DNA of 64,000 bases from Octopus vulgaris (Eukaryota): contig OX597816.1 in the NCBI GenBank assembly GCA_951406725.2, forward strand, positions 179,056,001 through 179,120,000, read 5' to 3'. The stretch's first letter is position 1. Each line of letters opens with the position of its first letter. The notes beneath the pieces were generated by a model. The model worked only from the letters and a program-made list of their open reading frames with translations, did no database searches and was not told where the DNA came from. Position numbers and translations under genes: made by a program. Shown one piece after another: positions 52,371-64,000 of this stretch.

Positions 52371-54069
52371 TAATTACGTGAAATTTGTAAGGTGGGGTTA
52401 CATTTCTGTTACTGAAACAAAATAGTATGATCTAAGACAACAAATAACTAAATGAGATCTAATCAGGAGTCTATGTTGGAAGGTTAATGGCGCCAACATT
52501 GAGTTACTTATTCATCTTTTCTCCTCAAATTAGACTTTCTTTTATAATCAATAGCATATTTTATTTATTGTTCATTATCCATTCTTTGATTACTTTCCTG
52601 TCAGGAATATTCAGGAAGATAAGCCAACAGCATTGGTCCTTTGATTGCCCACATATTTGTGCACGACCCGTGTCCCCCCCTCATCCCTTTCTTCTGCTTC
52701 TCAATCATTTATCTTCCTTTTAAATACTAGTCTGTATTTCAAACCTATTATCATAAATATACAACTGTAATTACAAAGTAAGTAGGCAGGTAGGTGTATC
52801 TCCCTGCCTACATTTGGGCCCCTCACGGCCATTATATCCATCTGATGTTCTCCTTTTCTCTTCACTATAATTACTCCCTATCAATGTTCCTTCCTGCTAT
52901 CACTCTACCTACCATTTTATCATACTAACATGTGTAACAAGGGATGGCATCCAATTGGATCTGTCCATATTCAAGCCCCATATTCTTTTTTAATCACCTG
53001 TCACACTATTGCTAGCCTCTCACTTTACGCCCTCCTTTATCTCTCATTATTCACACCTCTCAATCTCAGTCATCCATCACTCATATCACATTACTCCTTC
53101 CTCTACCATTTATTGTTGGCAACCATCATCACTCAGTCTCATGATTTTCTTCCTCCTCTATCACTCATTATTAACATCCATCATCATCATCATCATCATC
53201 ACATTATGTCCTCCTCTGCCACTCACTGTTGAAATTCACCTGCTTTCTTCCTCTCACTTCCAGTACTCACTTCTGTTACCCTGTCTCCCTCTAATCACTT
53301 TCTCTAGCACATTACTCATGCCTTTTCAGTTCAATCTCCTCAACAATCATCATTAGTTGTCTCTGTCTCTCTTCCCCCCTCTCCCTCCTGCTACCAGTAT
53401 ACCCCCCCCATCCAGTTGTTTAGTAAGAAAGACAGCAATGAACAAATGGAGACAACACAAGGAAGAGAAGACTCCAGTCTTGCCAAGAACAAAGCAACTG
53501 CTCTAGCACTGGCCCCATACTAAAATGCACCAGTATATGTTCTGCAAAGAGATTGGCGATAGGAAGGGCATTCTGTCGTGGAAACCATGCCAAAAATGTT
53601 ATCTGTGAGTGAGATGCAACTTCCAGCCTCCCAAGGAACAAGAACTGACTTAGGTCATGACAATTCATCCAACCCATTCCATCATAGACAAGCACACATA
53701 AAAATAATTGCCAATCGAACAATATAACTAAACGATTTGTATTCAACTGTCAACAGTAGAATATAATGCTTATCGGTCATCTATCTCAGACAAATATCTA
53801 AGTTATGATTTTCAAAGCTGCAAAAAGAGAAAAAATAGTAAGTTAAAAGACTAATGGAAAATAACATGCACACACACACACACTAGTAAATGCATTTAAT
53901 AATATAGTTAACAATGTAATGCTATACAGAATATGCATGTGGCAATATTCTCAGAATATCTAACCCAATAACACTTGTATTTAGGTCTACTTATACAGTT
54001 ATTAACCTATTTTTATTTAGGCTAATATAGTCAATATTTATCTCACTTCTAGTTATTCTTTCTCTTATT

Positions 54070-54410
54070 CTGTGTACACCATACTGCATTGTAGTGATGC
54101 TATATGTCCACCAGTGCTATATGTCCACCATGTGCTAAATATTGCACGTTCCTTCCTACAATGCATGTCCATCATATCAATGTAGTAACATCAATGTCAT
54201 ATGTCCATCATACCACAATGTAGTGACCTAACATGTTCAAACTGCCACAACCAACTGAGATCACTTCCACTGTACCAAGATATAATATCTCAATTCCACC
54301 ACACCCCAAATATAGCGATGCTCACATTTCCACCACACTACAATACAGAGACATTACACAACCACTACACAAAGCGAAATCCCCTTTCCAACAGTGCCAT
54401 GTGACATGTC
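54070..54410. repeat. Diverged ~28-30-bp tandem repeat (atgtccaccatac.acaatgtagtgatgct)
   Basis: Recurrent atgtcca.ca / caatgtagtga units; the start of the array is duplicated at ~56296-56360. Confidence 0.6.
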
Positions 54411-54675
54411 TATATTTCCCATTAGTCTCCTTGATATCAGAGGTATGTTATGCAACAACAATAAAGTGAATTATCACAAGATATTTCATCACAACTTTCA
54501 CCTGATTACAGCTATTATCTTCATAATCTTCCTATATTTCTTCATTCAACATCACATATCCATATTTCTTCAGTAATTTTAATCTTCCCTTTATGTCGCA
54601 TGAACTCAATGCTTAGTTTCATACCCAACAAAAATGTGCTATCTTTCAAATCCTTTGTTCTTTGTCACTCTAGAC

Positions 54676-54990
54676 CAGTGATTCTCAACCATTTTAAAAA
54701 AAAACTATGGTCCCCTTTGATTACTACTTTATTCTGGCAAACCCTTAAAGCCATTCAATGTTTAAAAACAGGTTTTATAGATACTTCTTTCAAAATTCCT
54801 ACTTCGTTTTTCACATTGCGTAGGCTGAACTATGTAAAACATCAGAGAAAGAAACCTAGTCGTTTCTTGCAATAAATACATCTAAAGCAAAATCTTTTCA
54901 TGGACCCTGAAAATACTACTGTGGACCCAATTTACTATATTGTTTGTGTGGACCCCCAAAAGTCATATGGAGTCCAGTTGGGAACCACTG
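54676..54990. mobile_element. hAT (Charlie-like) MITE
   Basis: TIRs CAGTGATTCTCAAC and GTTGGGAACCACTG; 8-bp TSD ctctagac/ctctagat (NTCTAGAN). Confidence 0.9.
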
Positions 54991-55136
54991 CTCTAGATTA
55001 TTACCACACACCTACAAACTGTACATTTAACCACACCTATGACACATCTTTTCTACAAACACATTATGTATGAATTACTTTATTGATTCTGCTTGAAAAT
55101 CCATTTTTTTTCTCAGTTCATTTAAATTCCCTTTAA

Positions 55137-55357
55137 CCCTTTCGTTACTGTATTTATTTTGAGATGCTCTCTATTTCTTTCAATTACTTTAAATATAACA
55201 AAAAATTTAGTAAAATGACTTAGTTATCATTCAGCTAGTGTTAGGAACATAAATTGTGACTAAGGTTTGGTGGGAGATTGTAATTCAATACTTATGAAAA
55301 CAAGACATTTGTACTACAGAGCCAGAGGCGGTTTTGGCCGGGTTGGTATCAAAAGGG
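55137..55357. mobile_element. piggyBac-type MITE
   Basis: TTAA|CCCTTTCGTTAC ... GTATCAAAAGGG|TTAA; the left TIR is identical to that of 48279-49311. Confidence 0.9.
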
Positions 55358-55539
55358 TTAAATACATCCCCAGCCAGACATTACCACTAAACATTAACCA
55401 ATTCACATAAAGCCATCAATATTTATTCATTCCTTCAAAAGTTCTCCAGAGACACATCATCCCTTCCTTCATACATTGTTTTTCCTTCTTCAAACAAAAC
55501 TGATAACATAAAAAGCAAAATAAAAATAGTTGACAAAAT

Positions 55540-55930
55540 GCACAGGTGTGGCCGTGTGATGTGAAGCTTTCTTCCAAACCACATGGTTCCGGGTTCAGCC
55601 CCACTGCATGGCACCTTGGGCAAATGTCTACTACTTTAGCCTCAGGCCAACCAAAGCCTTGTGAGTGGATTTGGTTGATAGAAACTGAACGAATCCCATT
55701 CTACATATGTGTGTATGTGTCTGTGTTTGTCGTACCATCACTACTTGACAACTGGTGGTGGTGTGTTTATGTTCCCATAACTTAGCAGTTCAGCAAAAGC
55801 AACTGATAAAATAAGTACCAAGCTTTAAAAAATAACTACTGTGATTGATACATTTGACTAAAAATTTTTCAAGGCGGTGCCCCAGCATGACCTCAGCCTA
55901 ATGGCTGAAAAAAGTCAAAGATAAAAGATA
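55540..55930 (+). mobile_element. tRNA-derived SINE
   Basis: Same family as 38901-39308. Confidence 0.85.
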
Positions 55931-57849
55931 TAGAGCCGGGCATTCTTCTGCACACCTTTCACAGACATTGCAAAATCTTGCTTCCGTTCTATGAACTTTT
56001 ACTGGTGCACAGCATTACACTTCATATCTAAGCAACATACACATAATGTCCAGTTTTCCAGGCTTGCATGGATCAGTTTATTTGAGGCAGATTTCTACAG
56101 CTGGATGCTCTTTCTGTTACCAACCTTCACCTGTTTCCAAGCAATGTAATATTTCCCCCATGGCCAAATGTGTTCTCGCAAAAATATTGGGAAAGCATGA
56201 CCCTGCATATGAGATAGGGACACTCGATTACAACTATCATGCAATGTCAACACAAGGAGACACAAACGCATGGCAGGCTTCTTTCAGTTTCCGTCTTCTA
56301 GTTATTCTTTCTTTTATTCTGTGTACACTGCATCACAATGAAGTGATGCCATATATCCACTAACACCAGAATGTGGCAACATGGCATATTGGCCCAGGGT
56401 TATAGCTAAAATGCTCCATGCAGTGGAACTGAGCCCAGACCCATGTGGTTTGGAAAATAAACTTAATACACAACTGTTCTTGTGCCTAACAGACATATTG
56501 TATGAAAAGCAAAAGTTCTGAATTTTAGTCTGCCTTTTAGTATTTATTGGTATAACTAATTTATTTCTAGAGATACAAACCAGAAGCAGATATTACTTAG
56601 ATCGAAGAAAGAGAGACCTGATCCAGCAGAATAGGATCAAAAAAGTTTCAGCTGTAATACATCAAAACTTCTTTTCAGACATAGTGGTGTTAAGCAGCAG
56701 TACTTTGGGGGAAGGTTTACTGGCATGACTGTAGGATTAAGAAGTTCACTTTGCAATCAAGGAATACGGAGATTGACCACCACCACCACCCCCAGCATGG
56801 CACCTTAGGCAAGCTTCTCCTACCAGAGTTTCAGGTTAATACAAGCTTTGCAACTGGATTGCATAGAAAGATTGTACATATTCTTGGGTGGTACATTTAT
56901 AAAGCAAATGCTTTAGCCTCACAATCATAACTTTGGCACAATTATTGCAGTCAACCATAAATAATTTTCACTCATCTTTCTACTAATCATGAAGGATCTG
57001 TAAAGGTCATGGGTACCACCCTTTCTTTTCTAACAAAGTGATGGAACCATAAAAAATTCTAGAGCAGCATTATCCAATATCATTTTAAAATGAGTGTGGC
57101 TGGAGAGTAGTTTGACTGCTATTTCTAGCAGATTAAGTGCCCATGTGTGCAGAGGTTCTCTCATTAACTCTCAAGAAATAGAGTATTCACATGTGATTAA
57201 CCCAGCCACCATAATCATGAAGTAGCTATTTATATGACACTCATGCCCCTATACTGTTATGACACTCTTCCTCATCATCACATGAATAGAGTGAGCCTCA
57301 GATTTGCCTTAAAAATGAAAGGTTCACTAAGGTGTGAGGCTCTTAAAGTGTGGCCAGTATATCAGGATCTCAAATAATACAACTGAATTATCCTCCTCTT
57401 CATCATTGTCATTTAATGTCCATTTTCCATGCTGGCATGGGTTGGATGGTTTGACAGAAGCTAGCAAACCTGAAGACTGCATCAGGCTTCACTGTCCGTT
57501 TTGGCATAGTTTTTACAGCTGGATACCCTTCCTAATGCCAACCACCTTACAGAGAGGACTGAGTGCTTTTTACATGAAACCAGCACCGGTGAGATCTGTC
57601 TTGATATGGTTTTTATGGTTCGATGCTCTTCATAATGCCAACCACTTTACAGTTTGAGCTGGATGTTCTTTTACACTGTGCCAGTACTGGTGGGGTCACC
57701 AAGTAACTCGCAAGACAAAGATCCTTTAAGGGGTGGGGTATTGGAGGAGGTGGCCTTGTGCCAGATGATGAGAGGTTACAATGTGACAGAGGGACAGGAA
57801 CAGGTGTCTTGCTGCAGAGGAGATACGTTGAGGCAAGTGAGGATCAGAA

Positions 57850-58323
57850 CCGAAATCGATCAATGGAAATTGCAGATGTGTTACCAGTGCCAGTGGCATG
57901 TAAGAGAACCATCCGTTCGTGACCGTTGCCAGCGCCGTCCCGACTGGCCTCGTGCCGGTGGCACATAAAAAGCACCATCCGTTTGTGTCCGTTGCCAGCC
58001 TCGCCCGGCCCCTGTGCTGGTGGCACGTAAAAGCACCATCCGTTCGTGTCCGTTGCCAGCCTCGCCTGGCCCCCGTGCCGGTGACACGTAAAAGCACCAT
58101 CCGTTCATGGCCGTTCGCCAGCTCTGTCTGGCACCTGTGCGGGTGGCACGTAAAAAGCACCCACTACACTCACGGAGTGGTTGGCGTTAGGAAGGGCATC
58201 CAGCTGTAGAAACACTGCCAGATCTGACTAGGCCTGATGAAGCCTTCCGGCTTCACAGACCCCAGTTGAACCGTCCAACCCATGCTAGCATGGAAAACGG
58301 ACGCTAAACGATGATGATGATGA
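57850..58323 (+). mobile_element. RTE-tail retroposon, young copy, with ~61-bp internal tandem repeats (about 4)
   Basis: aaaagcaccatccgttcgtg.ccgttgccagc... is repeated; 3' end catgctagcatggaaaacggacgctaaacgatgatgatgatgat; CpG-rich. Confidence 0.85.
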
Positions 58324-58949
58324 TTGCTGGTAGCAATGTGGAATTGAGGTATTGTTAACTCAAGTGTTCAGCCTAAAAAGATAATGAAATATTTGCTACC
58401 CACACAACAAGAACTTTCTATCCAGGAGGCTATATAAATTTCAAGAAAGAGACGAGAACTCTAGTTACATGAATCAAAACTGACTCCAATAAAATAAGAA
58501 ATAACATTATTTGCTTTGGCAATGAGAATATGGAAATTAACATTTTTTGCAGATAAAACAATCTTCTCTTTTTAGAAGGAGGTTTTCTGAAACTGCAGAA
58601 AAAAAAAACAAATTTCATCAACTTTTTATATGGCAACACTCCAGTTGTAGAGTGTAAAACTATTTATTCATCTATCTATTTTTATATTTCAATTTGTGAA
58701 CAATAGAATTGTTGGTAACAGAGTTAGTCACTGGGTCATTGCATTTCTGACCCTGAGATTGACAAGACATGGTCTAATTCAGCACAAGAAATATTTCAAA
58801 GTATTCTAAGCAGCAGTTATTTTGATTTAACACTGATGTGGATATCTTTCACCAAAAGACACACATTTTCAGAAACATGCAAGAAGTTAAGAAACACTTA
58901 TAATTTTCTGATGAAATATATTTATCCAAATGTTTTGCATCATCAGTCC

Positions 58950-59400
58950 TTCCAATCTTCTTCACCCACTATTCCTGGGAGGTTCATGAGGGTAGAATCC
59001 TCAGGCACCTCCTCCATAGGGTTGTATCAGAAGCAAATGTCATTAGACTTTCTGGCTGGATTCCCAAGTGTAACCAACTGTGACTATGGATATTTTCCAA
59101 CCATTTCATCATTGGTCTATCCCTAGGTCTCTTGCCAGTTGGCTCGGCTTGAAGAATTCATCTTGCAATTCTTTCCTGCAACATTCTAATCATACGTCTG
59201 TAGTACCAGACCTGTGACCTCTAAATGCAGGGAAGTAATAGCTTCACCTGATAGACACCCTGACCTCCAAGTCATGCACTCTGTTGAGTAACGTTACTCC
59301 AACAATCCTTTGGAGGAATCCTATTTCAGTTGCTTGTATTCACGATTGTACTCTTTCGGTCACTTTTCAACATTCATGACCATATGTGATGACAGGAACG
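58950..59400 (-). mobile_element. RTE-like LINE 3' fragment (second family)
   Basis: cccac.attcctgg.agg.tcat...tcctcaggcacctcctccataggg is shared with 34860-35060 (same orientation) and 63260-63450 (inverted). Confidence 0.65.
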
Positions 59401-59920
59401 AAAACCAAATTGCTGTTTTGCATCATTGTAACTAATATTCATTTCTTTTATTTACATTGTGATATACCCATCTTGAATATCCTATTGCATAAAATTCCAC
59501 AGAAATTCCGGCTCTTCAAAGAGAACAAATTGTTAATAAATCTAAGGGCTGGCTGTTCCAGCAACAAAGAGCAAGGAATCTCAAAATACTTCTTTCTACT
59601 GTTAACAGAGTAACAGTCCAACTAAACAAAAAAAGGTAAACCATCATGGCCTGATCAACTTGGGACTTCCTTAAAGATTCATCATGGAATTCAAAGATCA
59701 GTTAAGGTTTCAGAACTGCCACAAAAACTCAAAACTTGTCCAAGAACAATAGTAAACTATTTTCATTAACTTGGTTATTATGGATAAGCAACTAAGAAGA
59801 AGTACAGCACTTTGGGTTCCCTATAGTCCCAGATTAACAAATACCTTGTGAGTAAATTTGGCAGAGAAAAACTGTAGTAAGCTGTGTGTGTGTGTGAGTG
59901 TGTGAGCATGTGTGTGTGAG

Positions 59921-59959
<39 letters not shown>

Positions 59960-60239
59960 ATGTGTGCGCACATACACATGCCTGCATGTGTTTTTTGCCT
60001 GTTTATAGAAGATATAGTTCCATGCCACACTGCAAAAAGACAATGGGATGAGGAGCAAAATGGTTTCAAGCAATTTCTTTGGCTAAGTTAGTCCATCTTT
60101 CAATGTGATCCCCGCAGAAAACATTTAATATGACCATACTTTACATAAAAAGCACCTCTAAACCAGTAAATCAATCAGAATTGCAAAATACTTCAAAACT
60201 GCAATTTTAGAACTCATTAATCCTATACCTCTCCTTTTG

Positions 60240-61120
60240 CTTGTTTCAGTCATCTGACTACAGCTATGCTGGGGTAGTTCCTTGAAGGGCTTTAGTTTGA
60301 TGAAGTAGCTTCAATAATTCTTCCTTTTTAAAGCCTGGTACTTATTCTATCAGTCTTTTTTGCTGAACCACTAACTTACTGGGACATAAACAAACCAACA
60401 CCAGTTGCCAAATGATGGTCGAGGACACACACACACACACACACATATAGATACACACACGCACGAATGCACACACACACACACATCATGGACTTCTTTC
60501 GGTATCCATCTGCCAAATCAACTCACAAGGCTTTGGTTAGCCTGGGGCTATAGTAAAAGACACTTCCTCGAGGTGGTGCCATGCAATAGGACAGAATCCT
60601 GAACCATGTGGCTAGGAAACAAATGTCAACAATATATTAATGGTTACATTTCAATTATCAAAAATTGGGTTCTCTGAATTTCCAAATAGAATCATTACAA
60701 GAAAAATCATGGTTTCTGTTTACTTCTTGCATGTCTATTGATATTTCATCTTTCACTTGTTTCAGTCATTAGACTGCGGCCATGCTGGGGCACCACTTTG
60801 AAGAATTTTTAGTCAAATGAACTTTTTTTAAAGCCTGGTACTTTTTCCATCAGTCTGTTTTGCTGAATCACTAAGTTACAGGGACGGAAACACACCAACA
60901 CCAGTTGTCAAGCAGTGGTGGGGGGACAAAGACACACACACACACGTGTGTGTATACACAATGGGCTTCTTTCAGTTTCTATCAAGTAAGTCTACTCACA
61001 AGGCTTTGGTTGGCCTGACACTATAGTAAAAGACACTTGCCCAAGGTGCCACACAGTGAAACTGAACCCGGAACCACGTGGTTGGGAAGCAAGCTTCTTA
61101 CCACAGAAACCTGCACCTAT
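60240..61120 (-). mobile_element. Two tandem tRNA-derived SINE copies (60240-60620 and 60755-61120)
   Basis: Both are reverse complements of the 38901-39308 family. Confidence 0.8.
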
Positions 61121-61394
61121 ATATTGAGTTATGAGATAAAGTTTGTTTTTTTCCATTTCCATTTGTTTTAATCCATCCCAATGTCACTTGAATTCAGAGA
61201 AATATTTCATCAGAATATTTTCAGGTGTTCTTTCTATAACTAGTCTTCCTCTACAATTTTTGTTCATTTTTTTTTTAACAAAATTCAATTCACATCTTTT
61301 CAGACATGATGATACGGTGCTAAGTAGAAAAAAAAATGAATTAATTTATCTGAACAACCCAATAAAAGCATCCACGTAGATTCTTATTTCAATA

Positions 61395-61620
61395 TTGCCC
61401 ACAAGGGGCTAAACTTAGAGGGGACAAACAAGGACAGACAAAGGGAATTACAAAGTCGATTACAATCTACCCCAGTGCATAACTGGTATTTAATTTATCA
61501 AGCCCGAAAGGCTGAAAGGCAAAGTCGACCTCGGTGGAATTTGAACTCAGAATGTAGCGGCAGACGAAATACTGCTAAGCATTTTGCCCGGTGTGCTAAC
61601 ATTTCTGCTAGCTCACCGCC
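61395..61620 (-). mobile_element. SINE, inverted copy of the 38117-38340 family
   Basis: gcccacaaggggctaaac...aaggcaaagtcgacctcggtggaatttgaactcag...tttctgctagctcaccg. Confidence 0.85.
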
Positions 61621-64000
61621 TTTCATCCACATAGATTCTGTCTACAAAATTCTTCTGACACTAGGTTGTGGTAAAAGGTCTCTGCCCATGGTGTCACACA
61701 GTAGGATCAAACCTGGAACCACTTGAGTCACAAAACAATCTCTTTAACCTAACAGCCACACTTGCTTTCAAATATGTGTCAGTATTGTACTTTCTATAGC
61801 TGGATGAATAACCTAGGAAATATAAATACTTATGTAGTCTGCTGTACAAATTAACCGTGTGTAGCCAACCAATACATGGTTACTAACAACAGACATGTAA
61901 AAAAGCTCTTGGTTAAATCATTAGGATTTAGTTTCCTAACGTTAGTTGTATCTTTCCTTCCGCACCACTACACTATAAATAGAGTACCTTAGCTGGTTAG
62001 CACAAGAATTTATTACTAAATAACTAACTGAGCCAACAAAGGAACCTTGACATGGGCTTTATCTGCTAGAAATAGAAGCAAAATCTCCTTCAAATTACAC
62101 CCGGAAGGACACTGAATATAGTTTTAGGTTCACTGGTTAAAAGAAGTTATGATGGTTATCAGTTGCAACATCTTAATCAGATGTCTGAGAGGTGAAGGTC
62201 AACTGGGGGGAAGCGGGGGGGGGGGGGATCAAACAACAAGTAAAATACTTGCCTCAGTTATGTACTTTTATTTTTGATACATGAAATACAGGTAGAATTT
62301 TTGAATATTTTTGTGATATGGGAAGTAATCTACAAGAATGAAATATGATACATATAAGTATAGTAGTATAGAAGACAATAGCTGTCTCAGCAGCCCAGGA
62401 GAATGAAAACACTGCAAAAATCTGGTGCACTTTAGTGGAGAAAAAAAAATGTAATAGTAGGACACTGGGTTTGAACCAGTGTTAATAAATTTAAAAATCT
62501 GTTCCTCTTTCCCCCAAATGGCAGCATGTTTAGTGATATGTGGTTCAATTTATATCAGTGGTTTTGTTGTTATTTAGCCCAAGGTTAGCTCTGAGACAGC
62601 AGACCTATGATCAAACATTTCTCAGTCATTAACTTATTTATTTATTTGTTATTTCAGACGGAGAGTATCTAGGACTTTATTATCCAATGCAACTTTGTTT
62701 TTTAAATTGAAGGTGTGGTTTGAGGAAGACTTTACTACTGTTTCTAGCCACATGCATGTTCCTTTGTTGGTGTAGTAGATTTCTTATTCTAAAGAGTAAT
62801 GATGTGTCTTATAAATTTGCAGTTCAAACTCTGTTGGGATAGGATTTCCTTCCATGATGGAAACTCATGCAATTCACTAAAATTAACATCATTTGCATAC
62901 GGAATTAACCAATCAATTTTACATATGATTTGATGCTAAAAGACTAAGTGCTCTGAACAACTCTATAAATAACCAAATTAGGCAAATATTATACATGTTA
63001 ATATGTGGAATCAACAGTACATGTAGAAAAATGTGTATGTGTATACACACACACGACTCTACACAGTATAATTCAGTAAGTGTCTAGATGAATATTTAGA
63101 AACGGGGTCAGCACTAATGTGCTTCATAGGACCAACCAGAGAGCAGAGATTTTTGCAGTTGAGTACATATCAAGCCACTACTTCTACACATTGAGAGATC
63201 AGAGCCTTGGTACTATAGACACCTGATTAGAATGTCACAATAAAGAATCACAATTATGAATTCTTCAAGTCATGTTAACCATCAGGAGTCCTAGGGGTAA
63301 TCCAAGAATGAGATGGCTGGATGATTCAGTTGGTCATGCTTGAGAATCTCAGCTGGAAATAGTAATGATGGTTGCTTCTGACAAGACCCTATGGAAGGAC
63401 TGCCTGAAGACTCTACCCCCATGACCTTCCCAGTAGGCATAGAAGATGGATGGATGATGGAGTATATGTCGGTTGAGACCTGTTGGAAAAATAGTTGCAA
63501 GTAGAGAAAGAATTGCAGAAGAAAACAGTTTTGAAGAGAAAGTGTTTAGTGTGAGTTTAATAAGGGAGTTATATAAAAAAAAAAAAATTTTATTTATAAT
63601 TTGCTGTTTCAGTGAAGCAGAAATAATTGTAGCCGTTTAGATTTTAGACACTTTTATGATGAGCCATTTAATTATTTCTAATCAAATGTTTTCTAATAAT
63701 TACAGGTATGAACTACACACGATGGGGCTCAAGAATAACTACAATACTACCCAAAGCTACAACTTATCACTGTCACTCATTATTTACTATAGCTGAAATG
63801 GAAATATTCTTTAAAGCACCAAATTACACGGCAAAAATATTGATATGCTGGTTAATAGCTAGCTATAAATAAAATGACTCTTGATAGCTGCTAAACAATT
63901 GCGCTAATTCTCTCCAGCATTTAAGATCACAATCTTGTCACCAGAACAGAACCAAGAAGCCAACAAGAAATATCAAAGGAGACCAACCTTAGATGAAAAG

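Noticed and set aside
58233-58255. CTGATGA-AGCC-ttcc-GGCT hammerhead-like start
   Set aside because: No GAAA follows stem II, and it lies within a retroposon tail.
50665-64000. Promoter or first non-coding exon of the ZDHHC gene
   Set aside because: No CpG-rich non-repeat region or convincing donor could be identified; it may lie beyond the window.

Overview
AT-rich, repeat-dense eukaryotic DNA. The tRNA-derived SINEs, RTE-type (CAT)n tails and (TA)n/(CA)n microsatellites point to a coleoid cephalopod, most likely Octopus; this is inferred from repeat resemblance. The only host gene I can support is a minus-strand DHHC palmitoyltransferase of the ZDHHC3/7 (GODZ) group. I reconstructed it by hand from 7 GT-AG exons: 50591-50631, 43990-44305, 32767-32891, 32029-32125, 30139-30220, 9145-9275 and 5739-5897. 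Together they give 951 nt, 316 aa plus stop, with all phases compatible. The ORF track shows only one of these exons. The rest is intron or probable 3' UTR, filled with SINEs and with remnants of RTE, R4/Dong-like, Penelope-like, Tc1/mariner, hAT, piggyBac and Helitron elements. The most notable observations are: (i) a minisatellite whose unit resembles the gene's own splice acceptor with AG changed to AT; (ii) a short uORF whose stop overlaps the tandem start ATGs; (iii) several long intronic fold-backs, including a near-perfect 167-bp-arm hairpin with A-C mismatches in the pre-mRNA and a pre-miRNA-sized hairpin; (iv) decayed hammerhead-ribozyme motifs; (v) a three-level nested transposon; and (vi) a probable assembly artefact around the N gap. 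I see no firm evidence of a new multi-gene system.
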